A stretch of DNA of 64,000 nucleotides from the human T2T-CHM13v2.0 reference genome, Homo sapiens, in NCBI RefSeq assembly GCF_009914755.1, contig NC_060928.1. The stretch is one strand, 5' to 3'. Of the stretch, positions 1 through 13,440 are shown one piece after another (position 1 is the stretch's first letter; each line of letters begins with the position of its first letter). The position numbers were made by a program, and so were the translations under genes. The notes beneath the pieces were generated by a model. The model was not told the origin of the DNA, ran no database searches, and worked only from the letters and a program-made list of their open reading frames with translations.

Positions 1-1951
1 CATATAATTCTGTCCCTGGTCCCTCCCAAATCTCATGTCCTCATATTTCAAAACACAACCATGTCCTTCCAACAGTCTCTCAAAGTCTTAACTCATGCCA
101 GCATTAATGCAAAAGTCTAAGTCCAAAGTCTCATCTGAGACAAGGCAAGTTCCTTCCACTTATGAGCCTGTAAAATCAAAAGCAAGTTAGTTACTTCTTA
201 GATACAATGGGGGTACATGCATTGTGTAAATACAGTCATTTCAAATGGGAGAAATTGGCCAAAACAAAGGGGCTACAAGCCCCATGCAAGACCAAAATCC
301 AATAGGACAATCAAAAACAAAGGGGCTACAAGCCCCATGCAAGTCCGAAATCCAATAGTGCAGTCATTAAACCCTAAAGTTCCAAAATGATCTTTGACTC
401 CATGTCTCACATCCAAGTCATGCTGATGCAAGAGGTGGGCTCCCATGGCCTTGAGAAGCTCCATCTCTGTGGCTTTGCAGGGTATAGTTCCTCTCCTGGC
501 TGCTTTCATGGGCTGGCATTGAGTGTCTGTGGCTTTTCCAGGTGCACAGTGCAAGTTGTTGGTGGATCTACCTTTCTGGGATCTGGAGGTCGGTGGCCCT
601 CTTCTCACAGCTCCACTAGGCAGTGCCCCAGTGAGGACTCTGTGTGCTGGCTCCAGCTCCACATTTTCCTTCTGCACTGCCCTAACAGAGATTCTCCCTG
701 TGGGCTCCACCCCTGCAACAAACTTTTGCCTGGACATCCAGGCATTTCACACTCCTCTGAAATCTAGGTGGAGGTTCCCAAACCTCAATTCTTGTCTTCT
801 GTGCACTCAATGGACCAACACCACATGGAAGGTGCCAAGGCTTGGGGCTTACACCCTCCGAAGCAATGGCATGAGCTGTACCTTGGCCCCTTTTAACTAT
901 GGCTGGAGTAACTGGGAAGCAGGGTACCAAATCCCAAGGCTTCACACAGCAGGGGGGCCCTGGACCCAGCCCATGAAACCATTTTTTCTTCCTAGGCCTC
1001 CTGGCCTGTGATGGGAGGGACTGCTAGGAAGGTCCCTGACATGTCCTAGAGACATTTATTTTCCCCATTGTTTTGGCAATTAACATTCTTATGCAAATTT
1101 CTGCAGCTGACTTGAATTTATTCTCAGAAAATGGGTTTTTCTTTTCTACCACATCATCAGGCTGCAAATTTTCCAAACTTTTATGCTCTGTCACCTCTTG
1201 AATGCTTCGCTGCTTAGAAATTTCTTCTGCCAGACACCCTAAATTCTGTCTCTCAGGTTCAAAGTTCCATAGATCTCTAAGGCAGGGGCAAAATGCCAGT
1301 CTCTTTGCTAAAGCATAACAAGAGTCACCAGGAAGTTTCTCATCTGCATCTGAGACCATCTCCATCTAGACTTCATTTTCCATGTCACTATCAGCATTTT
1401 GGTGAAAGCCATTCAACAAGTCTCAATGAAGTTCCAAACTTTCCCACATTTCCTGTCTTCTTCTGAGCCCTTCAAACTGTTCTAACGCTACCTGTTACGC
1501 AGTTCCAAAGTCACTTCCATATTTTTGGGTATCTTTATAGCAGCACCCCTCTCTCTGCAGTATCAATTTACTGTATTAGTCCATTCTCACACTGCTATGA
1601 AGAAATACCTGAGACTGGGTAAATAAAGGAAGGAGGTTAAATTGACTCACGGTTCCACATGGCTGGGGAGGAATCTTACAATCATGGTGGAAGGCAAAGG
1701 AGTAGTAGGTACCTTCTTCACAGGGTAGCAGGACAGAGTGAGTGCAAGCAGGGGAAATGCTAGATGTTTATAAAACCATCGGATGTCGTGAGACACTCAC
1801 TCATTATCATGCGAACAGCATGCGGAAATCACGCCCATGATCCAATTACCTCCACCTGGTACCCTACACTTCACCCTGTTGACATGTGAGGATTATGGGG
1901 ATTACAATTCTAGGTAAGGTTTGGGTGGGGACACAGAACCAAACCATATCA
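1..1951 (-). mobile_element. THE1 (MaLR, THE1D-like) provirus: internal region ~8-1571 plus LTR 1572-1951; the other LTR ends at the left window edge
   Basis: LTR reads tgtattagtccattctcacactgctatgaagaaatacctgagactggg...ggggacacagaaccaaaccatatca (reverse complement of THE1 LTR); internal part has typical MaLR-int text; ORF-track peptides 273..737 and 1024..1365 are decayed MaLR-int translations. Confidence 0.85.
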
Positions 1952-3615
1952 AGTGATCAAATGGTGTCAGCCAAAGCATTCTGTAGTGTAGTGGTATCAG
2001 GATCTGTCTTAATTCACATGTGCCAGTAGCACAAAGCATTTTGTAGTGTGGTGGCATCAGGATGTCTTTTTTTTTTTTTTTTTTTTTTTTTGAGACAGAG
2101 TCTCACTCTTGCCCAGGCTGGAGTGCAATGGAATGATCTTGGATCACTGCAACCTCCATCCCCCAGGTTCAAGCGATTCTCCTGCCCTTCCAAGTAGCTG
2201 TGATTACAGGCACAGACCACCACATCTGTCTATTTTTGCATTTTTAGTAGAGATGGGGTTTTGCCATGTTGGTCAGGCTGGTCTTGAACTCCTGACTTAA
2301 GGTGATCTGCCCACCTCGGCCTCCCAAAGTGCTGGGATTACAGGCATGAGCCACTGTGCCTGGCCTAGGATCTGTCTTAATTTACATGTGTCAGCAGCAG
2401 TGGCAGCGTCAGCAAGCCAGCACGGTGGGGTGCACACTTGTTGGCTGTGTAGCAGGGTGTGGGCATTCACCACAGTGACAGAGGCAGCATGGCTTGGGGA
2501 GGGTGAAGGACCCCTGATGCTTACTGTGTGCATGGTCCCACTGGTGGTCGTGTTGGTAGGAGGGCAGGGCACTGGTATGTGCAGGTCTGTTTGGCTCTCT
2601 ATGAGCCACAGGCAGGGGTGGTTGCTCAGCATAGGGGAGGGTCTGCTGTTCTCCGTGCCTAGTTTCACTCCTGTGGCTGTGTTGGTGCAAGGGAAGGGTA
2701 CTGGAGGGTGCAGTGTTGTCTGGCTCTGTGCCCACCAAGGTTCCAACTGCAAGGCCCGTCTGGTGGGAGGAGGGGGTACAAAATGCACTTCCCCACTGAA
2801 GCAGTGGCAAGGCAGGACTCATGCACAGGCACACTTGTGGGGCTAGGAAGACAAAACCTACGTGTGCACACATGTGCCTGCAATGTGATGCAGGTGGGGG
2901 GTGGAGGGTTGCTGTGTGTCTGAGAGATGCTGCAGTGTGGAGAGGGAGCAGGTGGGCCGGTGCATGGTCATGGCGGCTGCCTCGCTGGGGCTTTCTGCCG
3001 GTTAGGCACAGTTTGCCAGTGCAGGAGCTGTGATGCGGGCCCCACGGCACCCGAGGTTGCCCAGCAGACCAAGGAGTGCTCAGGTCAGACCAGCCCTGTC
3101 TGGTGGGCGAGACCACCCTCTATAGTTTAGGTCCTGCAGTTCTCCTAGGGCTAAAGTCTCCTGTAGGAGCAAGTCGAGCCTAGGGGGATGGGTGTCTTTG
3201 GCTGTGTTCTGTTACAGATACTTCTGTACCAATCCCTTTGGCCTACACATCAGCTGTTGTGCTGGCCCCTATCACTTCTCTAAGCAGCTCTTTCTGCCAA
3301 CTTGAGTGTCCATGGTGGTTGAGGGGTCTCCTATGTCAGGATTCCTGAGGCCCGTGGTGAAAGCGAGTTGCTCCTTGCCAGTTCAACTCACCCATTCCCC
3401 CAGAGTTGTTGGGGTCTGGGAGTGAGTCCCAGTGCATAGTAACCCCATGCAGGGTTCTCGGCTTCCTCCCACTTCAGCCCAGCTTCTGTGTCTTTCCTCT
3501 GTCCACTCTCAGTGCCTTCCCCCTGAAGATCTGTTAGGAGTGTGCCAGTCATCTCAGTCCCTCAGGGAAGGCTGTTCCACCTGGCTGTGTCTAGTAGGAA
3601 GTCTTGCCCAGCCAA
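1952..3615 (-). mobile_element. Old L1 (L1M/L1PB-type) 5' UTR fragment, interrupted by an Alu
   Basis: GC-rich stretch ending in an antisense L1 5'-end-like motif (gtctagtaggaagtcttgccc); short internal repeats near 1972-2065; subfamily not determinable by eye. Confidence 0.55.
2066..2365 (-). mobile_element. Alu (AluS-like)
   Basis: poly(T) 2066-2091 then gagacagagtctcactc...gagccactgtgcctggcc; imperfect TSD aggat(ct)gtct. Confidence 0.95.
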
Positions 3616-4019
3616 ATCTTCATGCAAAGTCTTTAAAAATTTGTTTATGTAGTTGAATTTATTTTGCATTATAATTAGGACAGTTTTTCCCTCATCACTT
3701 ATCTTTCTTCTGGTACTTCTATAATTTCTCTTTTTTTAATTTCTACATTTGGATCTCTGATCTTTTTAGAAGTATATTACTGTACAGATAGGCTAAAATT
3801 TGGATCAAATGTTAGACTTTCATTTTGTTGTATCTGCATATTGCCCATATCATCACACTGTTTTAACTATTATGATGTTTTTAGAATGTGTGCCTCAATA
3901 GCTTTCTTTTTTCCTGAATTATGAATAATTATGAATTATTGTTTTTGTTGCTCAGGTATATCTGATTAGTCTTGATTGTTATTCTTGCTCATGTAGTCTT
4001 TAGTTAATGGAATAATGGC

Positions 4020-4253
4020 CCAGCCTCTCAGTCCTCTGTCAGGATGATTCTAGGGCATCTTCCACTTCCCAGACAGTTCTGAACAAGCTTACATCCCAGT
4101 TGCCTACACTATTATTGTTCTCATTAACACCTGAATTATTGGCTGCTTTTCTCCCTTTTTGGTCCTACTTCCTCACTGTGCCTCCTCCAGTTGCCTTCCA
4201 TATAAAGTACAAGTCTTTCCCTAGAGGTCTGCTTTTGGGAAATCCAAACTAAG
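4020..4253 (+). mobile_element. MLT1-type LTR fragment
   Basis: 3' end ...aggtctgcttttgggaaatccaaactaaga resembles MLT1 LTR termini. Confidence 0.4.
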
Positions 4254-5760
4254 AAAGAGTCATTTTTGGATTTTGACCTAGATGTAAAAGATATCAAACA
4301 TTGTTACCCAAGTATGTTATATATTTGTGTGTGGTGGTAGAGAAAGAGAGGAGGAAGTAATGTGCTGTCCTAATTTAGCTGTTCAGAATATAAGGTTTTA
4401 GCTTCTTCTCCTGATTATTTCCCCATGGCCCATATCGGTTCTTTATATTCTTTAGACTTGAAACAGTTCTGGAATGCTCTTGGGAAGAATGAATGTCATC
4501 TCCCAAGATTTGGGTTGAAGCTTGCTCTTATCTATTTTCTCCATTAACTTGATTCCATCTGTTTTATAGTTTCCAGGATTTTCTCAAGCTTTTCATATAC
4601 TGCTGGCTTCTTCTCTTTCTTTCTTCAGTGTATGGATGTATATGTATGTATGTATGTATGTATACTGTTGAAGCAAAATTTGACGTATTTACTGAAGAAA
4701 ATTTAAAAATACTTTACTCATTAATGAAGGGGTCAGTAATTAGATCATTTGAGGCAAATACACAAAATAACCAGGAAGAAAATTAGCTTAAATACATTAA
4801 GTTTCTAAGTAGGCACATACTGCTATTTCACTTCATATGGCCATAAAAATATCCCATGCTTATTAATGGTAGGGAGGACTAAATTTGTGGAATAGATGAA
4901 TTAGAGCTATTTTCTACTTGCCAGATGTCAACCAGTAATTGGAAATAAGAAGTACCATATCTGAGAAGAAAATAAAAAGTGAATGGATCTCTGACTACCA
5001 ATTGAATATACTTAGCAACAGTTTTGGTCTTTTTAATCATCTGACAAAAGGCAATTAGAACAGAGGCAACAATGAGAGGTCAGCACAATTAGGACATTTC
5101 ACTAACTGCAAGCAAAGATGCTGACCATACTGTTACATAATTCTGTTTGGAGACAAAATCGATCTCTCAGTCTCCCTGTCTGTCTCTCTTTTATCTCTCT
5201 CATTCCCTTTCTTTGGTTTAGTGAGTCTGTCCACCCTGCCATTTTCTACACATCACATATAAAATTTTGTATTCTACTGTTTTACCAAAAGTCATTTAGT
5301 AAATATTTCCTCTGATATGACATATTTTTAATATTCATTAGATTTAAAGACAAATAAGAATCCATAGAGTGACTATATCATTGTTTATGTATTCACCTGC
5401 AAAGATGTCTTTTGCACTTTTAAATTAATGAGTGACTTGTGAAGTGATATTTTGAAAGTATAAATATGCTATTCCTCAATAATTATTCACCTATGACTTT
5501 ATCATTCTTTCATGAAACTGGCCTAAATCAGCTATTACTATGGTGGTTACAAATGTTTATGCTTTGTTTCTAACTACAATTATTAGTTGGCATTCTTCTG
5601 TAGAGAAGAACTTTCCTTTCCCAATTTTTAATTTTGTATTGGTATAGGTTCATGAATTTAAAAAAATTACTGTGTTATAATATATTCCAGTAATTATTTA
5701 TTTTAATTATCAAGTTCTCATCGGCTTCCATTGCATTTAAAAAACTCTTTTTACTTTAAA

Positions 5761-7070
<1,310 letters not shown>

Positions 7071-7234
7071 TTGATTATATCTGTTCTGGCCCTTTGTTCC
7101 TTTAACATTTGCAGTATTTTAAGTTTTTTTTTGGTTGTCTATTTGATTAAGTATTGTGCATACTTAGCCTGTGGACTTTTGTTCCAACTCAGTAGATTTT
7201 TTCCAGTGAAACACAAAGGTAATTTTTTTTTCTG

Positions 7235-7247
7235 GTTAATATTTAGC
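7235..7247 (+). promoter_or_regulatory. HNF1-type site (distal) in AFM promoter
   Basis: GTTAATATTTAGC versus consensus GTTAATNATTAAC; albumin-family promoters are HNF1-dependent. Confidence 0.75.
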
Positions 7248-7309
7248 AAGAATTCTGCAGAGTGATCAAAAAAATCAAATACTCAGTATTTCAGAAATAG
7301 ATTAAATAG

Positions 7310-7322
7310 GTTACTTTTTTAC
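7310..7322 (+). promoter_or_regulatory. HNF1-type site (proximal) in AFM promoter
   Basis: GTTACTTTTTTAC, starting 32 bp upstream of the TATA box, the position of the proximal HNF1 site in albumin-family promoters. Confidence 0.6.
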
Positions 7323-7341
7323 TGATAATGTGAAAGAATGA

Positions 7342-7348
7342 TATAAAA
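7342..7348 (+). promoter_or_regulatory. AFM: TATA box of AFM
   Basis: TATAAAA 61 bp upstream of the ATG; implied TSS ~7372. Confidence 0.85.
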
Positions 7349-7402
7349 ACTTGATTTTCCTCAACAACATTACTTTCTTTTGTAAATGTGGTTTCTACAA
7401 AG

Positions 7403-7490
7403 ATGAAACTACTAAAACTTACAGGTTTTATTTTTTTCTTGTTTTTTTTGACTGAATCCCTAACCCTGCCCACACAACCTCGGGATATAG
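7403..7490 (+). CDS. AFM: AFM exon 1 coding part (signal peptide; MKLLKLTGFIFFLFFLTESLTLPTQPRDI-E), 88 nt
   Basis: ATG at 7403, hydrophobic leader, donor GTAAGA at 7491. Confidence 0.97.
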
Positions 7491-8399
7491 GTAAGAAATT
7501 TACTTGTATATCAGCTAAAGCATGACCAGTTAGGATAATTTCTATTTTTAAAATTTTGTTTTCTTTCAAGTTAATTCTTTACTTGCTTTTTTCACCCTCT
7601 CACTAATTTACATAGGCTAACCAGTTATCCAAAACTAACCTTTTCAGAATTTTTATTTTGATGGTAATTTTTATATTACCGAGTCTATATGAAGAAAGAG
7701 TTGTCACATCTGAAGAATAATCAGCAGTCTATGACAGGACAGAAAGTGTTGCTGGGAGATACATTTGGATTTTAATGTTGGTATTTCTTGCATATATGTA
7801 TAGTTTATGGTAACAGTGGAACAATAGATGTTAACTGGGATTTTTCTGGAACCTTTGGTTGTCCAACATATTTCCCAACTATATCTTTATGGAATGCAGA
7901 ACCTAGTTCCTCCTTCAACTGTACAGTTTGAACATCCCTCCTGAGCCTGGCCAAGGCCATCTCAGTCTGTAGGAAGGGATGACTTTTTTTATTTCTTCCA
8001 TCCAAAGGGGAAATATTTTGAACCTCATATGTCTAGAGGAGGTGTCTTTTTCTAATCCTTTTTGGCCTAGAAGGAGCTCCTTTCTTTGACTTGAACAAAT
8101 GTGCCCTAAGCATGGCAGTGGCCCTGAAGGCATGGATCGTGTCTTACGTGTCTTACTCAATTTGACATGCCCCTACAATACCAGCTAGTGAAGACTGGTC
8201 ATTTCTGAGTTTTCCTGCTCCTTTTCCCTCGTAACAACCTGTTTCAAAATCTTGATTTTTTGCCTCTTTAATATCTTTTGTATCTATATTTTCCTTTTCA
8301 TTTCCATTACTCCTACCAAAATTTAGATCTTGCTGATTTCTCAGTGTGACAGTTGCAAAGTCTCCTATGGCCTTCTTACTTTGTCCCATCCACCCTTCT

Positions 8400-9040
8400 T
8401 TTGCCCATTTATTTGACAATAGTTCTTTCTACCTTTTTCTATTTGTCAGGCACTGTGGAAAGTCCCATGACATTACATATACCACTACCTGACTCGTATT
8501 TCTTAGTGTATAGAAATGATCAGATTACTATCCTATATAAACATTTTCCAGGGCTCTCCATGTCTTCCAAATGAAGCCCATACTCCTTAGCTTTATATAC
8601 AAGACTCCTATAATCTGGGCCCAGGTTCTTTCTATCCTAGGTACCATTATTCCTCTTTGTGACCCACTTTCTCATCAAAATAGATTGACTTTCCCTAAAT
8701 ACTTCTCAAGATTTCTTAATGCATTTATTCACATCATTCTCTCTCCACACAGACAGACAGGGTTTTTCATTTTTCCGTCAGCTGAATCTCTTACATTTAC
8801 TCATGCTCAACTCATATCTCACTCCTCCTATAATCCTTTTTTTTCTTTCTTTCTCACCCAGGATTCATAAAGCATTCCCAACTTAATCCCATTCTAAATT
8901 AGATTATTGTCACATGCACGAGTAACTTCCATTAGAGAGCAGCTTAGGAACCTGATGTCAAGGGGAGATATTTTAGTCATTGTTGATTGCTTCACAGGGT
9001 CCAGCACAACACTTTGCAAAAAATAAATGTAGCTTATGTG
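8400..9040. mobile_element. L2 fragments (approximate)
   Basis: degenerate L2-like phrases (gatcagattactatcct...ctccttagc; ccagcacaacactttgca...aataaatg). Confidence 0.4.
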
Positions 9041-9567
9041 AACAAACATAAATATGCTCCAATTAGTGTATGCTCATTGGGAGGGAATCCATGATTTTAG
9101 GTGGATCTGGAGATGACCTAAATAGCTGTGACTGAGTAGCGCTAAAAACTATGCTGACCACCAGCATGCTACAGCATCTCTCATCAGGCTCTGTTATGGC
9201 ATTGAATCAGCCATTAGTTAATCTTCATATCACTTCTCTAGTCATAAATGATAGACATTTAGCATGGTAATGTATTTGACATTTCTATCTGGGGAGCCAT
9301 CAATGGCAAATTTAAAGTCTAGTCAGATTAAGATTTATTTAGGTCAATTCAATTTGGTAAATATTTCTTGAACACATAATCAACAATGACTAAGATTTCC
9401 TATTTTGTTCACATGACTTATTTGTTTCTTGTTAAATATGCAAAATTATCTCCTGTCATCAGTGGTCTATTTTGTATTTTATACACTTAAATGCCATGTA
9501 TAGTTATTTATTTGAAAAATGTTAGAAAACCATGCTATGTAATAACCTAAATATTCTTGCTTTTCAG

Positions 9568-9616
9568 AGAACTTCAATAGTACTCAAAAATTTATAGAAG
9601 ATAATATTGAATACAT
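9568..9616 (+). CDS. AFM: AFM exon 2 (ENFNSTQKFIEDNIEYI), 49 nt
   Basis: ttttcag acceptor, GTGAGT donor, phase 1 to 2. Confidence 0.95.
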
Positions 9617-9884
9617 GTGAGTTGTGCTAAATACTTTTTGATGATGATTTTTAAAATGATATATTCTAGAAATGTTAATGCTTCTCAAAAGTAATTTAAC
9701 TAAATAGAAGCCATATCCAAGAAGACAACTTTAATTATAAAATTCAGGCAAAGAAGTTGTAAAATTTATAGCCATTACAATAGATAATTTCCTGAGGCTA
9801 GTCAGGATGTTCCTGTGACTTTTTCTTGACCATAAATGGAAACTCTGCAACTGATCTTTGTATACCCCATGTGAACTGTTGCAG

Positions 9885-10017
9885 CACCATCATTGCATTT
9901 GCTCAGTATGTTCAGGAAGCAACCTTTGAAGAAATGGAAAAGCTGGTGAAAGACATGGTAGAATACAAAGACAGATGTATGGCTGACAAGACGCTCCCAG
10001 AGTGTTCAAAATTACCT
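9885..10017 (+). CDS. AFM: AFM exon 3 (TIIAFAQYVQEATFEE...LPECSKLP), 133 nt
   Basis: gcag acceptor, GTAAGT donor; within ORF 9826..10281. Confidence 0.97.
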
Positions 10018-10041
10018 GTAAGTAAATTGCTTGTGTTTCTT

Positions 10042-10067
10042 TTCCTTTTATCTTATGTCTTTCTTTC

Positions 10068-10123
<56 letters not shown>

Positions 10124-10170
10124 TCATTCTTTCTTTCTTCTTTCTTTCTTTCTTTCCTTCTTTTTTTTTT
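10042..10170. repeat. (TTTC)n microsatellite derived from the Alu tail
   Basis: direct reading; lies inside the Alu TSD pair. Confidence 0.95.
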
Positions 10171-10455
10171 CTTGAAACAGAGTCTCGCTCTGTCACCCAG
10201 GCTGGAGTGCAGTGGCAATCTTGGCTCACTGCAACCTCCACTTCCTGGGTTCAGGCAATTCTCATGCCTCAGTCTCCCTAGTAGCTGGGATCACAGGCAT
10301 GCACCACCATGCCCAGCTAATTTTTTTGTATTTTTAGTAGAGATGAGGTTTTGCCATGTTGACCAGCCTGGTCTCAAACTCCTGACCCCAAGTGATCCTC
10401 CCAACTTGGCCTCCCAAAGTGTTGGGATTGCAGGCGTGAGCCACTGTGCCCTGCC
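10042..10455 (-). mobile_element. Alu (AluS/J-like) with 17-bp TSD
   Basis: Alu body 10171-10455; TSD aattgcttgtgtttctt at 10025-10041 and 10456-10472. Confidence 0.95.
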
Positions 10456-11042
10456 AATTGCTTGTGTTTCTTAAACACACAAGATTTTTTGCCCAACACT
10501 GAGAAAATTTCTGGCTTGAAAATATGAAATGAAAGATGTTCTGTGCGCAGCATTTTCATTTTGCTTAATTTTGGTATTTAGAACAAGGTACTTTCCTTGG
10601 AAAAGATACTAATTCTGTATTTTGATGCACAGAAGGAGATTGCTGTGTATTTGCAGTATGTATACAGTATGCCCTATATGTTCAGGCAGAAGAGGAAGCC
10701 ATAGCTTGAAACTGCACGTGAAATTACAGAGGTACCTCCTTAGCTGCCTCTCTCAATATGTATTCTATTGTTACATCCCTTTTCTGGGCCTCCTCCAAGT
10801 AGAATCACTATCTGCATCTCCAAAAAACTACTACTAAACACTACTTCTAAACACTCTACCAATACATTAACATACCAGCATGTCATCACCTTGGGAGGTG
10901 AGTAGAAAAGCCTGGTGGAAGGGAAATGTAGGCAGCAAGGGAAGAGTAAGAGGTGGAAGTGTCTTGTGACAAGACAGAGGAACAAAGATTCTGAAAGTGC
11001 AGGATGATTGTCAAGGGTTTGGGTAAAAATGCTTTGATTTGG

Positions 11043-11140
11043 CACACCTGTTCTCCCAGCTATTTAGGACACTTTGGCTGGAGGATCACTTGAGCCCAGG
11101 AGTTCGAATCTAGCCTGCACAACATATCAAGATCCCATTC
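11043..11140 (+). mobile_element. Alu monomer fragment (FLAM-like)
   Basis: cacacctgttctcccagc...ggaggatcacttgagcccaggagttcga...agcctg. Confidence 0.75.
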
Positions 11141-11375
11141 CAAAGAAGAAGCAGAAAACAAGGAGAAGGAGAAGGAGGAGAAGGAGAAGGAGAAAGAGAA
11201 GGAGAAGGAGAAGAGGAAGAGGAAGAGGAAGAGGAAGAAGAAGAAGAAAAAGAAGAGGAAGAAGAAGAAGAAGGGGAGGAGGAGGAGGAGGAGGAGGTGG
11301 AAGAGAAGGAGGGGGGGAAGGGAAGGAGAAGGGGAAGGGGAAGGGGAAGGAGAGGAGTAGGAGAAAGAGAAGGAG
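11141..11375. repeat. Polypurine (GAA/GGA/GGAGAA)n tract
   Basis: uninterrupted purines 11160-11297, nearly pure to 11375. Confidence 0.95.
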
Positions 11376-11480
11376 CTCTGTTGGTAATGGTGGGAAAATT
11401 AGTCATTGTGTTTTCTCAGTGAGTACAGAAGCTTTACTTTACCATGACTAAAAATTGTCCTTTTCTTCTCTGTTGTATAG

Positions 11481-11692
11481 AATAATGTTTTACAGGAAAA
11501 AATATGTGCTATGGAGGGGCTGCCACAAAAGCATAATTTCTCACACTGCTGCAGTAAGGTTGATGCTCAAAGAAGACTCTGTTTCTTCTATAACAAGAAA
11601 TCTGATGTGGGATTTCTGCCTCCTTTCCCTACCCTGGATCCCGAAGAGAAATGCCAGGCTTATGAAAGTAACAGAGAATCCCTTTTAAATCA
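11481..11692 (+). CDS. AFM: AFM exon 4 (NNVLQEKICAMEGLPQKHNFSHCC...RESLLNH), 212 nt
   Basis: tatag acceptor, GTAAGT donor; ORF 11511..11696. Confidence 0.97.
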
Positions 11693-12585
11693 GTAAGTTT
11701 AATCTTAGTAAAAAATGATCCAGTTGAAGAATTAGTCTTAGGCTGAATCTAATATCTATCTCAAATAAATATGGCTGGGTTCATTAATTTATTGATTAAT
11801 TGTTTCATTCATTCAAAACATACTGTGTGTCAGATACTGTGCTCAGTGTTCAGGATATAACTATGATCAAGATATGGACCCTGCTTACAAGACCATTATA
11901 TTAACGAATTTTATCTTCTAATTGGTAAGTCCTAGAGCAGAGGTGTGTACATGGTGTTAAATTGGTAGGATGCACAGTAGAGGAAATAATATACTCTTCC
12001 CAAGGGGAAGTTGCTGTTTTCACCTCAGGCAGACATTCAATTACAGGATGTTTAGCAAAACATCTGTTTTTAATATAGTGCTGTCATTGCAGAAACAGAC
12101 TTTTTCTGGAAGGTTGGTATGCTCCTTGAAATCTAAATCTAAATCACAAATTTATCTGAAAAAAAGTAAACAGGACCCCTGAATCTCAGATAGAGTGTGT
12201 ATAGATAGCTGTTCTTTGAACATGGAAGAGAGAACTGCTGACCAGCTGGTAGCATGTGGATGGAAGGACAATAGCCACAGTTCAGTGTTTGGGATTAGAA
12301 TTGCAATCATTATTCCTACTTTGGAGTTAGCAACTTCAATGATAAGGACTTCAAAGGACTCTTATCGGGAACTGGTTAATGCTGCCTTATATTGAAGTTT
12401 TCTATAACTGGAAACCTTTCTTCCTTTTACCTTGTTTTACAACTTGCTCTTCTTGTCTCTTTCTATTTTTTCTTTTCCTTCCCATCTTACCCTCCCTTCC
12501 CTTCCCTTCCCTTCCCTTGTCTACATTCATTGCTTCCTGTTTCTTCCCTCACCCGTCTTCTCTCTTTCATTTTTATTTTTTATAG

Positions 12586-12718
12586 CTTTTTATATGAAGT
12601 TGCCAGAAGGAACCCATTTGTCTTCGCCCCTACACTTCTAACTGTTGCTGTTCATTTTGAGGAGGTGGCCAAATCATGTTGTGAAGAACAAAACAAAGTC
12701 AACTGCCTTCAAACAAGG
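12586..12718 (+). CDS. AFM: AFM exon 5 (FLYEVARRNPFVFAPTLL...CCEEQNKVNCLQTR), 133 nt
   Basis: long pyrimidine tract + tag acceptor, GTGGGT donor; albumin YE-ARR-P motif. Confidence 0.97.
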
Positions 12719-13342
12719 GTGGGTATAGCATTTGTTCCATGAAGAGGATAAGAAATCACTCAATACCACAGATCCAGACCCTGACTTATATTATAGCAAA
12801 AGGCTTGCTTACCATATGTGATGTTCTCTTGTCACATTCAGTGATTTTCAAACCATTGGTCACCAGGTGCTGATCTAAATATTCTCTTTACTTGAGACTC
12901 TTGAATGACAGCCAGTCATTTTCAGGGTCTCTCTTCCAGCTTTGTTTTCTTTGTAAATTGGAAGGAAGCCCTGGTGAGTGAATGCCCAGGGTGAATGATG
13001 ACATTTTATCTTTTATCTTTGACAATTTGTAGTCTTTTGACTACAAACAACATGGTATAATCTCAGTAGGGATGGCCAAGCTCACAGCATGCTGCCCCAC
13101 CAAGGGAGCACTTATGCACCTTTTTACCAAGTGCAATTCAATCATCAGCAAGACTGGTCCTACCTTTGTGATGTGCCGTAAGTGCATATTTCTTTTAATA
13201 TGTGTGTTTACTGAAATAAAAATCCTGTAGATTTTCTGTCTCTGAACAAATTTTGTAATAGTTTGAATGAAATATGACTAAAAAATAAGAGAATAGTGAG
13301 ATTTTGCTATTGTTTCAAAAGAATTTTCTCTTTCTTCTTCAG

Positions 13343-13440
13343 GCAATACCTGTCACACAATATTTAAAAGCATTTTCTTCTTATCAAAAACATGTCTGTG
13401 GGGCACTTTTGAAATTTGGAACCAAAGTTGTACACTTTAT
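13343..13440 (+). CDS. AFM: AFM exon 6 (AIPVTQYLKAFSSYQKHVCGALLKFGTKVVHFI), 98 nt
   Basis: ttcag acceptor, GTGAGT donor, frame continuity. Confidence 0.96.

Noticed and set aside
273-1365. Several overlapping 87-162 aa ORFs
   Set aside because: All within the decayed THE1 internal sequence
2297-3130. Cluster of long ORFs (up to 235 aa) in GC-rich DNA, and possible CpG island
   Set aside because: Stop-poor, CpG-depleted old L1 5' UTR plus Alu; no recognisable domains
11074-11451. Arg/Gly-rich 125-aa ORF (protamine-like) and antisense Ser-rich ORF
   Set aside because: Translations of the polypurine microsatellite in AFM intron 3; non-ATG start on the + strand, no gene structure
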